NCBI RefSeq assembly: GCF_964213995.1 | Contig: NC_135830.1 | Location: 9,362,001-9,426,000 of the forward strand | Length of the DNA stretch: 64,000 nucleotides | Reading direction: 5' to 3' | From: Mustelus asterias | Taxonomy: Eukaryota | In this document: one piece after another, positions 22,601 to 36,415 of the stretch | How the letters are laid out: every line of letters begins with the position of its first letter | Numbering within the stretch: the first letter of the stretch is position 1 | The notes under the pieces: generated by a model | Told to the model about the DNA's origin: nothing | Seen by the model: only the letters and a program-made list of their open reading frames with translations | Database searches by the model: none | Translations under genes and position numbers: made by a program

Positions 22601-23689
22601 TAAATAAACGGTCACAGAAGTAATTTCTGGACTGCCAAACGTTCTTGCCTCATGACAAACCCATAAACCACCCAAATAAACGAGGATGCCCCTAGACTCC
22701 CTCGCTCCGCCAACCAATGCCTCCACACCAATCCGACACATACCACCCGAATCCACACAACACCATCCTGCCCACCACAACATAAAACACTCAGAAATAA
22801 AAGGTCACTCCATCCCAAGTGGTCCGGGAGCCCCCTCATCCCGTCCACCCTTGGAGACACACACGGGAGGCGAAAGTGTCAAGGCATGGGAAGACAACAA
22901 ACCACCCTTCAAACCACAACATAACCACCAATTTTCTGATCAGGAAAGCCCCAAGAATTCCCCCCACAACCTCCTGAGCTGCCCTCAGAAGCCCAGCTGC
23001 TACCACCAAACCACCCCCCACCCCCCTCCTCCCCCCCCCCCCCGTCCGTCTGCCCAGAAAGCAAAAAGCAGAGTCTCACTCAGCAACAGACACAAAACCT
23101 CCCCAGCCAGGAAAGCCACAAAAAACTCTCCAGCGCACACATTACCTTAAGATTTACGCCAAACCCACAGAAACACAGAAACCCCAAACTCACCGTCCCC
23201 TCCCCCAACACACACGACCTCAACAACTACCTCCCCCCAACCACCTAAAATACGGCAGAACTCGACCATCACTCTGTCTTCCTCCTCTCCCCCCACAACC
23301 CCATCTTAATTCCAGTCACACGAGATTTTAATTGCATTTGACTGCGTTATTTTAAACACTTTGTCGGCGTCGCCATTCACAACTAACAAGAGTAATCATA
23401 TTCATTTTTAAAAAAGGAAAAGGTCCAGGAGACAAGAATACAATAAGCCAAAATATAAGGGCAAGGGATCACAAGGGGCATCAAGGATTGGACGTGGGCT
23501 GAAAGCAAAATGGCAAAAAACAAAGAAAAGGGGACATGTCCTTTCTCTGTCCGACTCCAAAAACCTAACCGATGGTTTCCTTCAATCCACAGGAACCACG
23601 ACTCTCATCGCCCTAATATTTGTTTAAATTGTGAACGATAACTCAGTGGGTGACATCGGTAGGGAGACTCCCTGCCCTCTGTGTCTTTT

Positions 23690-24000
23690 CTGACACTGTG
23701 GCACATTAGGTAGCATTGCTGGCTCACAGCGCATTGGTGCAGAATTCAATACGGGTCACTGTCTGTGTGGAGTTTGCACATTCCCCCCGTGTCTGCGTGT
23801 GTGGAGAGAAACCGAGCTCCCAGCGCACAATGCAAAGGTGTGCGGGTTAGGTTGATTGACCATGTTGCATTGCCCGCAGTGGCAGGGAGCAAACAGGGAA
23901 CATATGTGGAGTTACGGGGATAGGGCCTGTGTGGGATTGTTGTTGGTGCAGACTTGATGGGCCGAATAGCTTCCTTCTGTACTGTAAGGCTATCTATGTT
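23690..24000 (+). mobile_element. V-SINE (HE1-like) copy
   Basis: V core and CR1-like tail. Confidence 0.75.
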
Positions 24001-24198
24001 TCTGCCACTGAGCTCTTGGTATTCTGAGCAATCGTCCTCTGGGGCTGATGCAATGACGCCAGGAGAGTTATTCGCTGCATCGTCTGCAACGTGATTATGG
24101 TGGAATTTGGTGAATTTCTCTCAGTGTACCACGTTCTGAGGATTTTGATTAAAATGCCCTTGAGTAAAAACAATCAGCGGCTTCAGCAAAGAAAAGCA

Positions 24199-24270
24199 AG
24201 ATCCCACCAAGATCGAAACTTGAATCGCTGGATTCAGAGTCCAGAGTTCTGGCCATTACAACACAGAACC
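24199..24270 (-). pseudogene. tRNA-Gln(CTG) pseudogene
   Basis: Reverse complement GGTTCTGTGTTGTAATGGCCAGAACTCTGGACTCTGAATCCAGCG.. has an intact anticodon arm and a mutated B box. Confidence 0.75.
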
Positions 24271-24469
24271 CAGAAGCCAGCTGCAAGTGGTCACTCAAAG
24301 CACGTGACCCCTTTCATTCAATGTGGCAGCAACAGCAGGAAGGTCAAATCCTTTAAGCGGCCATTTGCAGCCGGCTCCAATGTTGGAGGCTCTCTGGTCC
24401 AATGGTGAGCACTCTGAACCAGACTGATCCTTGCTTTTCTTTGACGTTGCTGAGGATTGATTTGAATCT

Positions 24470-24797
24470 TAGAAACCCGACAAGCACAGAAAGAGGCCAT
24501 TTGGCCTATCGAGTCTGCACCGACCACAATCCCACCCAGGCCCTACCCCCACATATTTACCCACTAATCCCTCTATCCTACGCATCGCGCGACACTAAGG
24601 GCAATTTTAGCATTGCCAATCAACCTAACCCGCATATCTTTGGAATGTGGGAGGAAACCAGACTACCCGTAGGAAATCCACGCAGACACGAGGAGAATGT
24701 GCAAACTCCACACAGACAGTGACCCAAGCCGGGAATCGAACCCAGGTCTCTGGAGCTGTGAAGCAGCATTGCTAACCACTGTGCTACCGTGCCGCCC
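24470..24797 (-). mobile_element. Full-length V-SINE (HE1-like)
   Basis: Head GGGCGGCACGGTAGCACAGTGGTTAGC..GGTTCGATTCCC, V core and tail. Confidence 0.85.
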
Positions 24798-24984
24798 TAT
24801 TTGTTGATGGACATTTCGTTTAAATTTCTCACAAAGCAGGAATGCGGACGACAATTTTGTCAGCCTGTTCAGCTGCTATTACAATGCACACTGCTGAGCC
24901 TCTGGCGACAGATGCCTGCAACATCAGTGTTTTTTTTTCATCTTTTCGCGACTCTTTAATTTTTTTGTTGAAAGAAAGGGGCAG

Positions 24985-27953
24985 TTGGTGTCACACAACC
25001 ACAACCATTCACACAACCGGGTCCAGATAAAAGCTGGAATAAGGACACTTTGCCTGAATGCACGCAGCATTCGGAACAAGGTGAATGAGTTGATGGTGCA
25101 AATCAGCACAAGTGGGTACGATCTAGTGGCCATTACAGAAACGTGGCTGAAAGGTGACCAGGACTGGGAGATGAATATCCAGGGGTATCAGGCGTTTAGG
25201 AAGAATAGACAGGAAGGAAAAGGTGGTGGGGTCGCGCTATTAATAAGAGATAATATCAGGGTAGTACTGAGGGATGACATAGGCTCTGAGGAACAAAACG
25301 TGGAATCATTATGGGTAGAGATGAGGAATAGTAGAGGGAGAAAGACACTAGTAGGTGTGGTATATAGGCCCCCAAATAATAATGTTGAGGTAGGGAGTGC
25401 TATAAACAAGCAGATAAGGGATGCGTGTAAAAACGGAACGGCAATAATCATGGGGGACTTCAACATGCACATTGACTGGCAGACTCAAGTCGGTAAGGGT
25501 GGAATGGAGGAAGAGTTCTTAGAATGCTGTCGGGATAGTTTCCTTGAACAGCATGTTACGGAACCGACGAGGGAACGAGCTATTTTGGATCTGGTATTGT
25601 GTAACGAGGTAGGTAGAATTAAGGATCTTATTGTGAAGGACCCTCTTGGGTCTAGTGACCACAATATGGTCGAATTTCTGATTCAGATGGAAGAGGAGAA
25701 AGTTTGGTCTCAAACCAGTGTCCTCTGTTTGAACAGAGGGAAATATGATAGGATGAGGGATGAATTGGCTAAGGTAGACTGGGAGAGCAGGCTGGCAGGT
25801 AGGATAGCTGAGGAACAGTGGAGGATTTTTAAGGAGATCCTTTTCAGTTCTCAGCAAAAATATATTCCAGCAAAAAACAAGGATTGTAAGAAAAGGGAGA
25901 ACCAGCCGTGGATAACGAAGGAAATAAAGGAGAGTATTAAAATAAAAACAGCTGCGTACAGAGTGGCCAAAAATAGTGGAGAAACAAGTGATTGGGAAAA
26001 ATTTAAGAAACAACAAAGAGAGACTAAGAAAGCGATAAAGAAAGGAAGGATAGACTATGAAGCTAGGCTAGCAATTAATATAAAAAATGATAGTAAAAGT
26101 TTTTATAAATATATAAAAAGGAATAGAGTGGCTAGAGTGAATGTTGGACCCTTAGAGGATGAGAGGGGGGAGTTAATAGTGGGAAATGAGGATATGGCTG
26201 AGTCTTTAAATAAGTTTTTTGTGTCGGTCTTCACGTGTGTCGGAGGACACAAATAGTTTGCCAAACATTAACGATAGAGGGTTGGCAGCAGGAGAAATAC
26301 TTAATACAATTAATGTTACCAGAGAGGCAGTGCTGGGTAGACTAATGGGACTGAAGGTGGACAAGTCCCCGGGTCCGGATGGAATGCATCCCAGGGTATT
26401 GAAAGAAATGTCAGAGGTAATAGTGGATGCGTTAGTGATTATTTATCAAAACTCGTTGCATTCTGGGGTAGTGCCGGTTGATTGGAAAACGGCTAATGTT
26501 ACGCCGCTGTTTAAAAAAGGAAGGAGACAAAAGGCGGGTAACTATAGGCCGGTCAGCTTAACGTCTGTAGTAGGGAAAATGCTGGAATCCATTATTAAAG
26601 AGGAGATAGCAGGGCATCTGGATAGAAATGGTTCGATCAATCAGACGCAGCATGGATTCATGAGGGGAAAGTCGTGCTTGACGAACATGTTGGATTTTTA
26701 TGAAGATGTGACGAGGGCGGTTGATGGAGGAGAACCGGTGGATGCGGTGTTTTTGGATTTCCAAAAGGCGTTTGATAAGGTGCCCCATAAAAGGCTGCTG
26801 AAGAAGATTAGGGCACACGGAGTTGGGGGTAGTGTGTTAAAGTGGATTGGGGACTGGCTATCCGACAGGAAGCAAAGAGTCGGAATAAATGGGTGTTTTT
26901 CCGGTTGGAGGAAGGTAACTGGTGGCGTGCCGCAGGGATCGGTACTCGGGCCGCAACTGTTTACCATTTATATAGATGATCTGGAGGAGGGGACGGAGTG
27001 TAGGGTAACGAAGTTTGCAGACGACACAAAGATAAGTGGAAAAGTGAATCGTGTGGAGGACGGAGAAGATCTGCAGAGAGATTTGGACAGGCTGAGTGAG
27101 TGGGCGAGGATATGGCAAATGGAGTATAACGTTGACAAATGCGAGGTTATACACTTTGGAGGAAATAATAACAAATGGGATTACTATCTCAATGGAAACA
27201 AATTAAAACATGCTACCGTGCAAAGGGACCTGGGGGTCCTTGTGCATGAGACGCAAAAGCCCAGTCTGCAGGTACAACAGGTGATCAAGAAGGCAAATGG
27301 GATGTTGGCCTATATTGCGAGGGGGATAGAATATAAAAGCAGGGATGTCTTGATGCACCTGTACAGGGCATTGGTGAGGACGCAGCTGGAATACTGTGTG
27401 CAGTATTGGTCCCCTTATATGAGGAAGGATATATTGGCATTGGAGGGAGTGCAGAGAAGGTTCACCAGGTTGATACCGGAGATGAGGGGTTTGGATTATG
27501 AGGAGAGGCTGAGGAGATTGGGTTTGTACTCGTTGGAGTTTAGAAGGATGAGGGGGGATCTTATGGAGACTTATAAGATAATGCGGGGGCTGGATAGAGT
27601 GGAGGCGGAGAGATTCTTTCCACTTAGTAAGGAAGTTAAAACTAGAGGACACAGCATCAAAATAAAGGGGGGTCGGTTTAAGACAGAGTTGAGGAGGAAC
27701 TTCTTCTCCCAGAGGGTGGTGAATCTCTGGAATTCTCTGCCCACTGAGGTGGTGGAGGCTACCTCGCTGAATATGTTTAAGGCGCGGATGGATGGATTCC
27801 TGATCGGTAAGGGAATTAAGGGTTATGGGGATCAGGCGGGTAAGTGGTACTGATCCACGTCAGATCAGCCATGATCTTATTGAATGGCGGGGCAGGCTCG
27901 AGGGGCTAGATGGCCTACTCCTGCTCCTATTTCTTATGTTCTTATGTTCTTAT
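24985..27953 (+). mobile_element. Young 5'-truncated CR1 LINE (ORF2 only, one frameshift near 26240)
   Basis: ORFs 24985-26256 (APE) and 26219-27853 (RT), and a (TTCTTATG)n tail. Confidence 0.93.
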
Positions 27954-27992
27954 TGGGCTGGAGTCCGGCAATTATTGATCAATTGTGTGAGT

Positions 27993-28047
27993 TTCTCTCT
28001 CTCTCTGTGTGTGTGTGCGTGTGTGTGTGTGTGTTTGTGTTTGTGTG
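27993..28047. repeat. (CT)n(GT)n microsatellite
   Basis: Directly visible in the sequence. Confidence 0.85.
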
Positions 28048-28101
28048 CCTGTGCATAGGTGCGTTTTGGGAGACCAGAGTGTCTTATATCAGAGTGCTGT
28101 C

Positions 28102-28170
28102 GGTTCCATGGTGTAACGTTTCACACTCTGGACATTCGCCATCCGGACAATTGTTTAAATTGGGACAGGT
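28102..28170 (+). pseudogene. tRNA-Gln-derived relic
   Basis: GGTTCCATGGTGTAAC..CACTCTGGAC 5' half. The 3' half is decayed. Confidence 0.55.
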
Positions 28171-28412
28171 GGGTGACTGAATGGCACCCGTAGGTGGACC
28201 CCTGTCCGCTGTGGCTTTTCTGCCTCTCAGCGCTTTTTATTCTGGAGCAACCGTCCTCTGGGCCTGATGCAATGACGTCATTCGTTGTATCATCTGCAAA
28301 GTGATTGCTGTGGAATTTGCCGAAATTACCTGTGTTTAGATTCCGACTTTCTGGGAATTTTAAATAAAAGTCCCTTCAGCAAAATCATTATCGGCTTCGG
28401 TAAAGGAAGGCA

Positions 28413-28484
28413 AGGTTCCATCGAGATTTAAGCTCGGATCAACGGATTCAGAGTCCAGAGTGCTCACCATTACAACATCGATCC
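28413..28484 (-). pseudogene. tRNA-Gln(CTG) pseudogene
   Basis: Reverse complement ..GCACTCTGGACTCTGAATCCGTTGATCCGAGCTTAAATCTCGATGGAACCT. Its flanks are paralogous to 24000-24330. Confidence 0.75.
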
Positions 28485-28949
28485 AGGAACATCGCCACCA
28501 GCTCCAAATGAGGACACACAAATAGTTTGACCTCTTTCATTCAATTACCCGTTTTATCCACCTGTCGTGCGACATTCAGGGACCGCTATACATGCTCACC
28601 AATGCCCCTCTGAGATTCCCAGGGTCCTGCGTTTATCATATATTCCCTTGCCTTGTTTGCCCTGCCGGAGCACATCACCTCACACTGATCCGGATCGAAT
28701 TCCATTGGCAATAGACCAGCCTATCTGACCAGGTCATCGATATCCTTCTGTGAACCAAGATTACCTGCGCCCTATCTACCACCTCGCAAATGTTTGTATC
28801 AAACGCTAATTTATTGCTCAAGCCTCGAACATTCAAATCGAAATCACTCATGCAAACCGCAGATGCAAGAACACTGATCCCTTGGGGCCCTCAGGAGACA
28901 TACTCTTCCACTCTGAAAACCTGTCACAACCATCACCGTCTGCTCCCTG

Positions 28950-29875
28950 CCATAAGAGGTCACAAGATATCGGAGCAGAATTAGGCCATTCGGCCCATCG
29001 AATCCACTCCGCCATTCAATCATGGAGGATATGGTCCTCATCCGCATTTTCCTGCCTTCTCCCCAGAACCCTTCAACCAATTAAACATCTGTCTCATTCC
29101 TCCTTAAATTTACTCACTGTCCCAGCATCCACTGCACTTTGGGTTAGCGAAGTCCACAGGTTCAAAACCCTTTGGGAGAAGTAGTTCCTCCTCAACTCAG
29201 TTTAAATTTGCTACCCCTCATCCTAAGTCCATGACATCTCGTCTTAGAATGCCCCAACAGCCGAAGCATTCGTTCCACGTCTACCTTATCCATGCCTTTT
29301 ATCATCTTGTACACCTCAATTTGATCTCCCCTCATTCTTCTCAATTCCAGAGAGTATAGGCCGAAACTGTTCAATCTCTCTGCATGCGACAAACACTTCA
29401 TCTCTGGAATCAATCTTGTGAACCTCCTCTGAACTGCCTCCAATGCCACGACATCTTTCCTCAAATAAGCGGAACAAAACTGCGTACAATACTTCAGGCG
29501 CGGCCTCACCAATACCTTGTGTAGTTGCAGCAATACTTCCTTGTCTTTATATTCTATGCCTTTAGCTACAACTGCCAACATTCCTCTCGCTTTATTTGTC
29601 TGCTGTCAGCATGGCAGATTCCTGTGACTCATGAACGAAGACGCCCAGATCCCTCTGCACCGGAGTATCCCAAAGTCTCTCTCCATTTAGATAGTAAGTC
29701 GTCTTCCCATTTTTCTGATCAAAATGCATGATTTCACACTTATTCACCTTAAACTCCAGCTGCCACATTTTCACCCACTCTCCTAACCTACTTTTTTCAT
29801 TAGTAAGTTTCTTATTTCCTCCTTGCAACTTACTGTCCCGCCTATTTTTGAGTCATCTGCAAATTTGGCGATGTT
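28950..29875 (-). mobile_element. Degenerate CR1 3' fragment
   Basis: ORFs 29192-29581 and 29592-29828 carry CR1 RT C-terminal motifs. Confidence 0.85.
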
Positions 29876-29884
29876 GCCTTCATT

Positions 29885-30380
29885 TCGAGTTTATTCAGGA
29901 GGAACATCTCATTCAGCATATGAATGTTCCGACGAAAGAGGGGGAGAAACTTGATCTCCTCTTGGGAAAAAAGGAAGAGCAGGTGACACAAGGAGAGTTA
30001 GGGGTCACTTTGGGACGAGTGACCATAATTCCATTAGTTTTAAGATAGCTATGGAGAACAATAGGTCTGGCCCAAAAGTTAAAATTCTAAATTGGGGCAA
30101 GGCCAATATTAATGTTATCAGACAGGAACTTTCAAAAGTTAAGTGGGGAATTTGCTGGCAGGCAAAGAGGCGTCTGGTAAGTGGGAGGCTTTCAACAGTC
30201 TGTTAACCAGGTATCAGGACAAGCACATTCCTCTTAGCGTGAAGGGCAAGGCTGGTAGAACGAGGGAATGCTGGATAACTGGCGATATTGAGGCCCTGAT
30301 CAAGAAGAAGAATGAGATAAATGTCATACACCGGCAGCTGGAATCAAATGGATCCTTGAAGAATATAGAGGGTGTAGAAA
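29885..30380 (+). mobile_element. Degenerate CR1 ORF2 internal fragment
   Basis: PTKEGEKLDLLLG and RECWITGDIEALIKKK. Confidence 0.7.
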
Positions 30381-31435
30381 CACTAGGTTAAAGTCCAATC
30401 AGTTGACGTGGTCGCACGAGCTTTCGGAGTACTGCTCCTTCATCAGGTGAGTGGAGAGTTGGGTTTAGAAACAGGGCATAGAAAGACACAGACTCAATTG
30501 CAAGATAATGGTTGGAATGCGTGTCTTAACAGCGAATCAAGTCTTTACAGGTACAGACAATGCGAGTGGAGAGGGGGACAATGAAAGGTTAAAGCAGTGT
30601 GAATTGGCTCACGCCAGGCCAGTTGGTAGGGTATTGCAAGACCAGGTCAAATGGTGGGGGTTACAAGTCGTGTGACATGAACGCAAGGTCCCGGTTGAGG
30701 CCGTTCTCATGTATGGAATTTGGCTGTCAGTTTCTGCTCAGCGATTCTGCGTTGTCGTGCGTCTTGAAGGCCGCCTTGGAGACCGCTTACCCGAAGATCG
30801 GTGGTTGAATGCCCTTGACTGCTTAAGTGTTCCCCGACAGGAAGGGAATACTCTTACCGGGTGATTGTCGAGCGGTGTCCATTCATCCGTTGTCGTAGCG
30901 TCTGCATGGTCTCGGCGATGTACCATGCTTCAGGATATCCTTTCCTGCAGCGTATGAGGTAGACAACGTTGGCCGAGTTGCATGTGTATGTATCGTCCAG
31001 CTGGTGGATTCTGTTCTCACGTGTGATGGTGGCATCCGGGTCGATGATCCAACACATCTTGCAGAGGTTGCCGTGGCAGGGTTGTGTGGTGTCGTGGTCG
31101 CTGTTCTCTTGAAGGCTGGGTAGTTTTCTGCGAACAATGGTCTGTTTAAGGTTGCTCTGTTTTTTGAAGGCAAGTAGGGGGCGTGGAGAAGGCCTTCGCG
31201 TGATATTCGTCTTCATCGATTGTACGCTGACGGCTCCGAAGAAGATGTCATAGCTTCTCCACTCCGAAGATGTCTTGGCTTCTGCACTCTGGGGACGTAA
31301 TGGAGGAGGAAGGGCACTCTGACGGCCGTGTCCCGTCCTTGTCTTCTGAGGAGGTCGGTGCGTGTTTTTGCTGTGGCGTGTCGGAACTGTCGATCGATGA
31401 GTCAAGCGCAATATCCTGTTCTCACAAGGGCGTCT
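30380..31435 (-). mobile_element. Penelope-like element fragment
   Basis: ORF 30854-31411 (CNSANVVYLIRC..WYIAET), and a terminal repeat containing a hammerhead motif at 30415-30449. Confidence 0.88.
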
Positions 31436-31518
31436 GTCAAAAACGACACCGCACAGATTCCGACGTTCAACCCGAGCTGTTGGACTTCAGCTCCAAGGAC
31501 AAAAACTTGCATCAACTC

Positions 31519-31600
31519 TGGCAGCGGTGGGATTCGAACCCACGCCTCGAGAGAGACTGGAGCCTAAATCCAGCGCCTTAGACCGCTCGGCCACGCTACC
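31519..31600 (-). tRNA. tRNA-Leu(TAG)
   Basis: GGTAGCGTGGCCGAGCGGTCTAAGGCGCTGGATTTAGGCTCCAGTCTCTCTCGAGGCGTGGGTTCGAATCCCACCGCTGCCA. Intact A and B boxes, and a T5 terminator about 14 nt downstream. Confidence 0.95.
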
Positions 31601-32629
31601 ACACAGGAAGGTGTGCTAATCATGTCGTTCCATTGCATTAATACTGAAATATATCAAAACCCGTGGAGTTGGGATGGGCCATGACGAAATCGTAACCGAA
31701 TCAGATGATCCTGAAATGTGTAGCAAACAAAAATCATCTCCAGTCAGAAACACAATGAGCTGCAGCGAAGGGCCGGCTCCATTTAAACTGTCCTTAACCT
31801 CGTCTGTCTCCCAGAAAGGACAATATGGCTTCCTGTTGAATTTGCTCAGGGTCTTCACTTGAGAAAGGACAGGACACAAGGCGAAACTGAGATTTGTGCG
31901 TTCTGCCGGGAAATAACTGATATTTGTTTTCACGGCTTGGAGGAGAGCAATAAATCTTCATTTCCTGACCTGCAATCAAAACAGCAGTGAAAGTTTCAAA
32001 TTCTAACCACCAGACCAACGTGCAGCGTGTTTTGCAATTTGCTTTGCCCACGATCCTTTTGTTATTTCAATTTCCACGCCAGACCACTTGCACCACAAAC
32101 TTCTCCTGCAAAATGGCACCTTCCGTTTCAACACCAGAGAAGTGTTCAGCCAATTACAGGAATAATTCTACGACAGTTATCGCGTCCGCCTCCCACGGTA
32201 TGAAACTGGGCAGATTTTCTTTTCCAAATCATTTTCATTGCAGACTGAGGGAAAAGTTATTTTATTCATATATTTGCACATTTTAATTAGTCTGATGGGT
32301 TTCCCATGCATTTTCTCATTGTGAAGTCAGGGGTCACTCCTTAAAAAGGACAGACGGTAAGGATCGGCACAGAAAACAAAGGAGGATGGATTATTTGACA
32401 CAAGGACTGATGGACAAGGAGCATTGAGCTGGTGATGGCGGAACTCGGGTGTTCCAATGGTGCAAAGTCATCGTTTTCACGACCATGGACTCGATGGCAG
32501 GTGACAAATGTGGAAATAAACAGCGTTTTTTTTTTTAAAATGAGGAACCTGTCGATTGTGTGACGGAAGAGGAGGAAGATAATGGCTAAAATGACGATGA
32601 TCCGCTGATTGGGAAAGTCACTGTCAGCT

Positions 32630-32701
32630 TCCCTGCTGGACCAGTGGTTTGGATTCGGCACTTTCATCACTGTGGACAGGATTGAGTTCCCAGCCAGAGA
32701 G
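32630..32701 (+). pseudogene. tRNA-Glu(TTC)-derived pseudogene
   Basis: TCCCTGCTGGACCAGTGGTTTGGATTCGGCACTTTCA.. with a decayed 3' half. Confidence 0.65.
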
Positions 32702-32982
32702 TAATTCGGTTGTATTGCTGTGTGAACTGACACCGTGAAATACAATCCCTCATTGAATGAAACCAGACCTGGCAGCGTCTGTGGAGTGAGAAACAAAGCT
32801 AATCTTGCAGCTGGATCATTCATCAAAGCTGGAAAAGTCGGAAATGTAACAGATGGAAAACAACAGCTTGGCTATGATTCCAAAATATTGTGAGGGGCTT
32901 GAGGGGCGAAATGTTCCATCCAAAATCTCAATTATATTCTAACCCGTTGCCGGTATTACTCCGAGCAATAGTTACCTTCGAT

Positions 32983-33067
32983 TGTTAGTGGAGCCCCGCA
33001 TGGTCTTAATTACTATAGTTAAGCTTCAATATCTGAATTTCTGTGGGTTCAAATCCCACCACTGCCA
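32983..33067 (+). pseudogene. tRNA-Leu-like relic
   Basis: The 3' end GTGGGTTCAAATCCCACCACTGCCA is intact and the 5' part is decayed. Confidence 0.5.
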
Positions 33068-35609
33068 AAAAGTGCAGCTCGTTTGTCTTTTCAGCAAATG
33101 GCATTTTGTAAGGAAGAAAAAGCAGGGATGAAAGGTGCAGCGTGACCTTCTGGAACAGAATGTTCACTTTTGTTGCTGTCACTATTCAATGATTCAATGG
33201 ACACATTGACACCGGTTGCAGCGATGGCCAAGCGGCATTTGAAATTATTGTTTACTCACAGAGATTTGAATCTCACCCAATGCACTGCTCAGCATTCATT
33301 CCTTTAGAATTAATTATTCTTTCAATGGAATCAAAATCTTTCAAATATTCCCATCTGTTTTTCCTACTTCACTTCGCATTCCTTCATTTCTGTTCATCAG
33401 CTAGAATTCATCAGAACCCCAGCCAGAAATGGAAGAAAACTGAACCCAGTTGGTGACATCCTTGATCTAAGGATGTTTGTGTCTCGTCAGCCCTCTGTGA
33501 CTCTCTGTGTCTGTATGTGTTCCTCTGTGCACCAATGTGATTCAGTTCCCAGAAGGGGTGAACACATTTTTTACCATCACAAACTGCGTTCACTTATTCA
33601 TATACCTCAACGGCAAATGGTACAGAGAATAACAACATGTTTGAAAGTTGCGAGAAAGATTGACTGATACAGGCTTTTTTTGACTGGCTATTGCATATTG
33701 ACTCAGTGGCCGTGTGTTACACAGCAGTGGATGATTGAAATTTTCACTGATCAACATTTAAACAGACAGTGGATTCACTCGGTGTGATGGTGCGTTCCAG
33801 TTCTATATCTACAACTACAGCATCAATTTCTATCAGTTACTGTGAGTCCCAGATTTCTAATAGGTTGGAAATATACAGCAGCATGATCTAATATACCTCG
33901 TTTTAATTGAAATGAATATTCATCGATCGATTTGTATGACAACTTAGTGAATATCAGCAAGACTGGCAAAGTTTGGACAGTATTTCCCTGATGCAGAAGG
34001 ACACAAAGTATATCAATATTGGGAACATAAGTTGAAACAGTAATAGAGGGGGTCTATTTGGCGCAGGATGCTCTCAAACCTCCTCCCTTTCAGTTGCAGC
34101 AACTTTCCTGAACAATTTTCCAACAGAAATCCTGCGGCAGTTTAAATTCAGCGTTTCACTGCCTGGATCCAATTCAATTCCCATTCTCGATGCTGTGCTA
34201 ATTGCTGTAACTCGCAATCAGTTACTGGTTTGCAAAGAGTCATATTGGACTCGGAAACTTAATTCTATATCTTGCTCCACATTTGTTGCAAGCCCTGTTG
34301 AGAACTTACAGCACTTTCTGCTTTTATTATAACATGAATAATAGGAGAAGAAACAGACCACTCAGTCCATCGGGACTGTTCCGCAATTCAATACCATCTT
34401 GATTGATCTTGGGCTACAACTCAGTTTTTCCACCATCTCCCCTTATCGCTGAATTCCCCAAGAGACCAGAAACCTGTTTATCCAACCTTAAATGTGCTCG
34501 ATGATGGGGCGTACATAACTGTCAGGTACAGAGAATGCCAAAGATTCTCAGCCCTTTGAGTAAAGTAATTTCTCCTTATCTTAGCCCGAAATGATCAGCC
34601 CCTTATCTGTGCCACAGTGGGTTAGATTCCCCGACCAACAGAAAAAAAAACTATCTCCCAGCCTCCATCCCATCAAACCTAATCAGAGCTGTGTAGGTTT
34701 ACTGAGATCGCCTCTTATTCTTCTAAACTCCAGAGAATATCATCACAGGACAAATCCCTCACCCCAGGGAGCAATCTGGTGAATCTTCTCTTTACCGTTT
34801 CCAATGCAAGCACGTCCCTTTTTAAAATTGACTGTCACATCTGCAGAGAATATTCAACATGTGGTCTCAACTAACCCCGTGCAACAGCAGAAACACCTCG
34901 TTATTCTTGACGAGTCTGACCAGCCTATTTTACAGTTTTTCCTTATCCACGCTGCTTTTGTTATTTTAATTTTCGCGCCAGATCACATTCACCACAAGCA
35001 AGTCTCTACCGCAAAATGGCACCTTCTGTATGCACCACAGTGATGTATTGTGTCCATTACAACAGACATTCCACGCACAGTTATTACTTTCGCTTCCGAC
35101 GGTTCAAAACTGGACAGAAACCTTTTCAAATATTGTCGTTGCAGAGTGAGGGAAAGGTTTAATAATTCAGTGTGAACGCTAAAATCTGACCGATTTACCA
35201 TCCACATGTTAGCTTACATCACCATCTCTATCGTCAGCGCTTTGCAGCCTATCACTGTCTTTCTGCTACTATATTTGTTCTTGACCTGTTGCAAATGTGA
35301 CCTTTCCAGCTGTGATGTAGACATGCAAACCTCACTCGGTTGATTTTATTTTTAATAGTTTGCCGAGAGCAAAATATAATCGTTTCCTGAGCGGGAATTG
35401 AAACCAAACAACACTGGGGTCGTGCTGAACACAACCCACTGGACATCCAAGGTCACGGGTGAAATGTGTTTTTCAAATTGACTTACCATACACCTCTTAA
35501 TATGTCCAGTTTGGATGGAACATGGACTGCTTCAGCTAATGATAACATCGAATGAGTTCGCTGGGACATGAAATCGAAAGTGAGGTAAAATCGTCCCACA
35601 ACATGCTGA

Positions 35610-35985
35610 AGTGATCGGGGTATATAAAATTCTAAAAAGAATTGATAGATTGAACGTTGACGAAATGTTTCTTCTCATGGGGCAATGGAGAACAACAGGT
35701 CAAATATATAGGTTGAGAGGCGGTCGATTTAAAACTGAGATGAGGAGGAACTACTTCTCGCAGAGGGTCGTGAATTTGTGGAATGCATTTCCCCATAGCG
35801 CGGTGGAGTCTGAATCTTTAAGTGTTTTCAAGGAGGGGACAGATACATTCCTAATAATAAAAGGGATGAGGGGATATTGGAACAGATAGGGAGGTGGATT
35901 TGAGACCAGTCATGAACTGATTGCATGATGGTTCAGGCTCGAAGCACTGAATTTGCCCAGTTCTGCTCCTAATTCTATTTCCTAA
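35610..35985 (+). mobile_element. Old CR1 3' fragment (paralogous copy at ~44480-44855)
   Basis: YRLRGGRFKTEMRRNYFSQRVVNLWN. Confidence 0.75.
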
Positions 35986-36415
35986 GTGTAACTTTCAATT
36001 TTCAAAACCCACCAACTCATCACTGTGGCTCCAATGTAATCTACGTACATTACATCCACAGGTTCCCTTTCATCCACAACACAACTGCGTCCTGTAAAGG
36101 ACTTGGGAATGGCCCCATTCTGTGGTGTAATTACTTTAAAATTCTTTGTTTCCCTCAGTTAAGCTCTCCTGATTTACACCCGGCCAGAGTTCTCCCCTCT
36201 TGTTATGCTGCTGGATAACACTTGTTTAAAACTTCCTACATTTCTTACCATGCCCCGTAGTAATCAAAGATTATGGAGCTAAAATATGAGATTTGTTTTC
36301 CTATGTACACAAGCTGTCTGACTTCCTGAGTTTTTCCAGCATTTTCACCTTTCACTGCAGAAATCTGTGCAGCTTTGAATGGCAATGGAAATATTTTCAT
36401 TGCACAACTTCCCCA

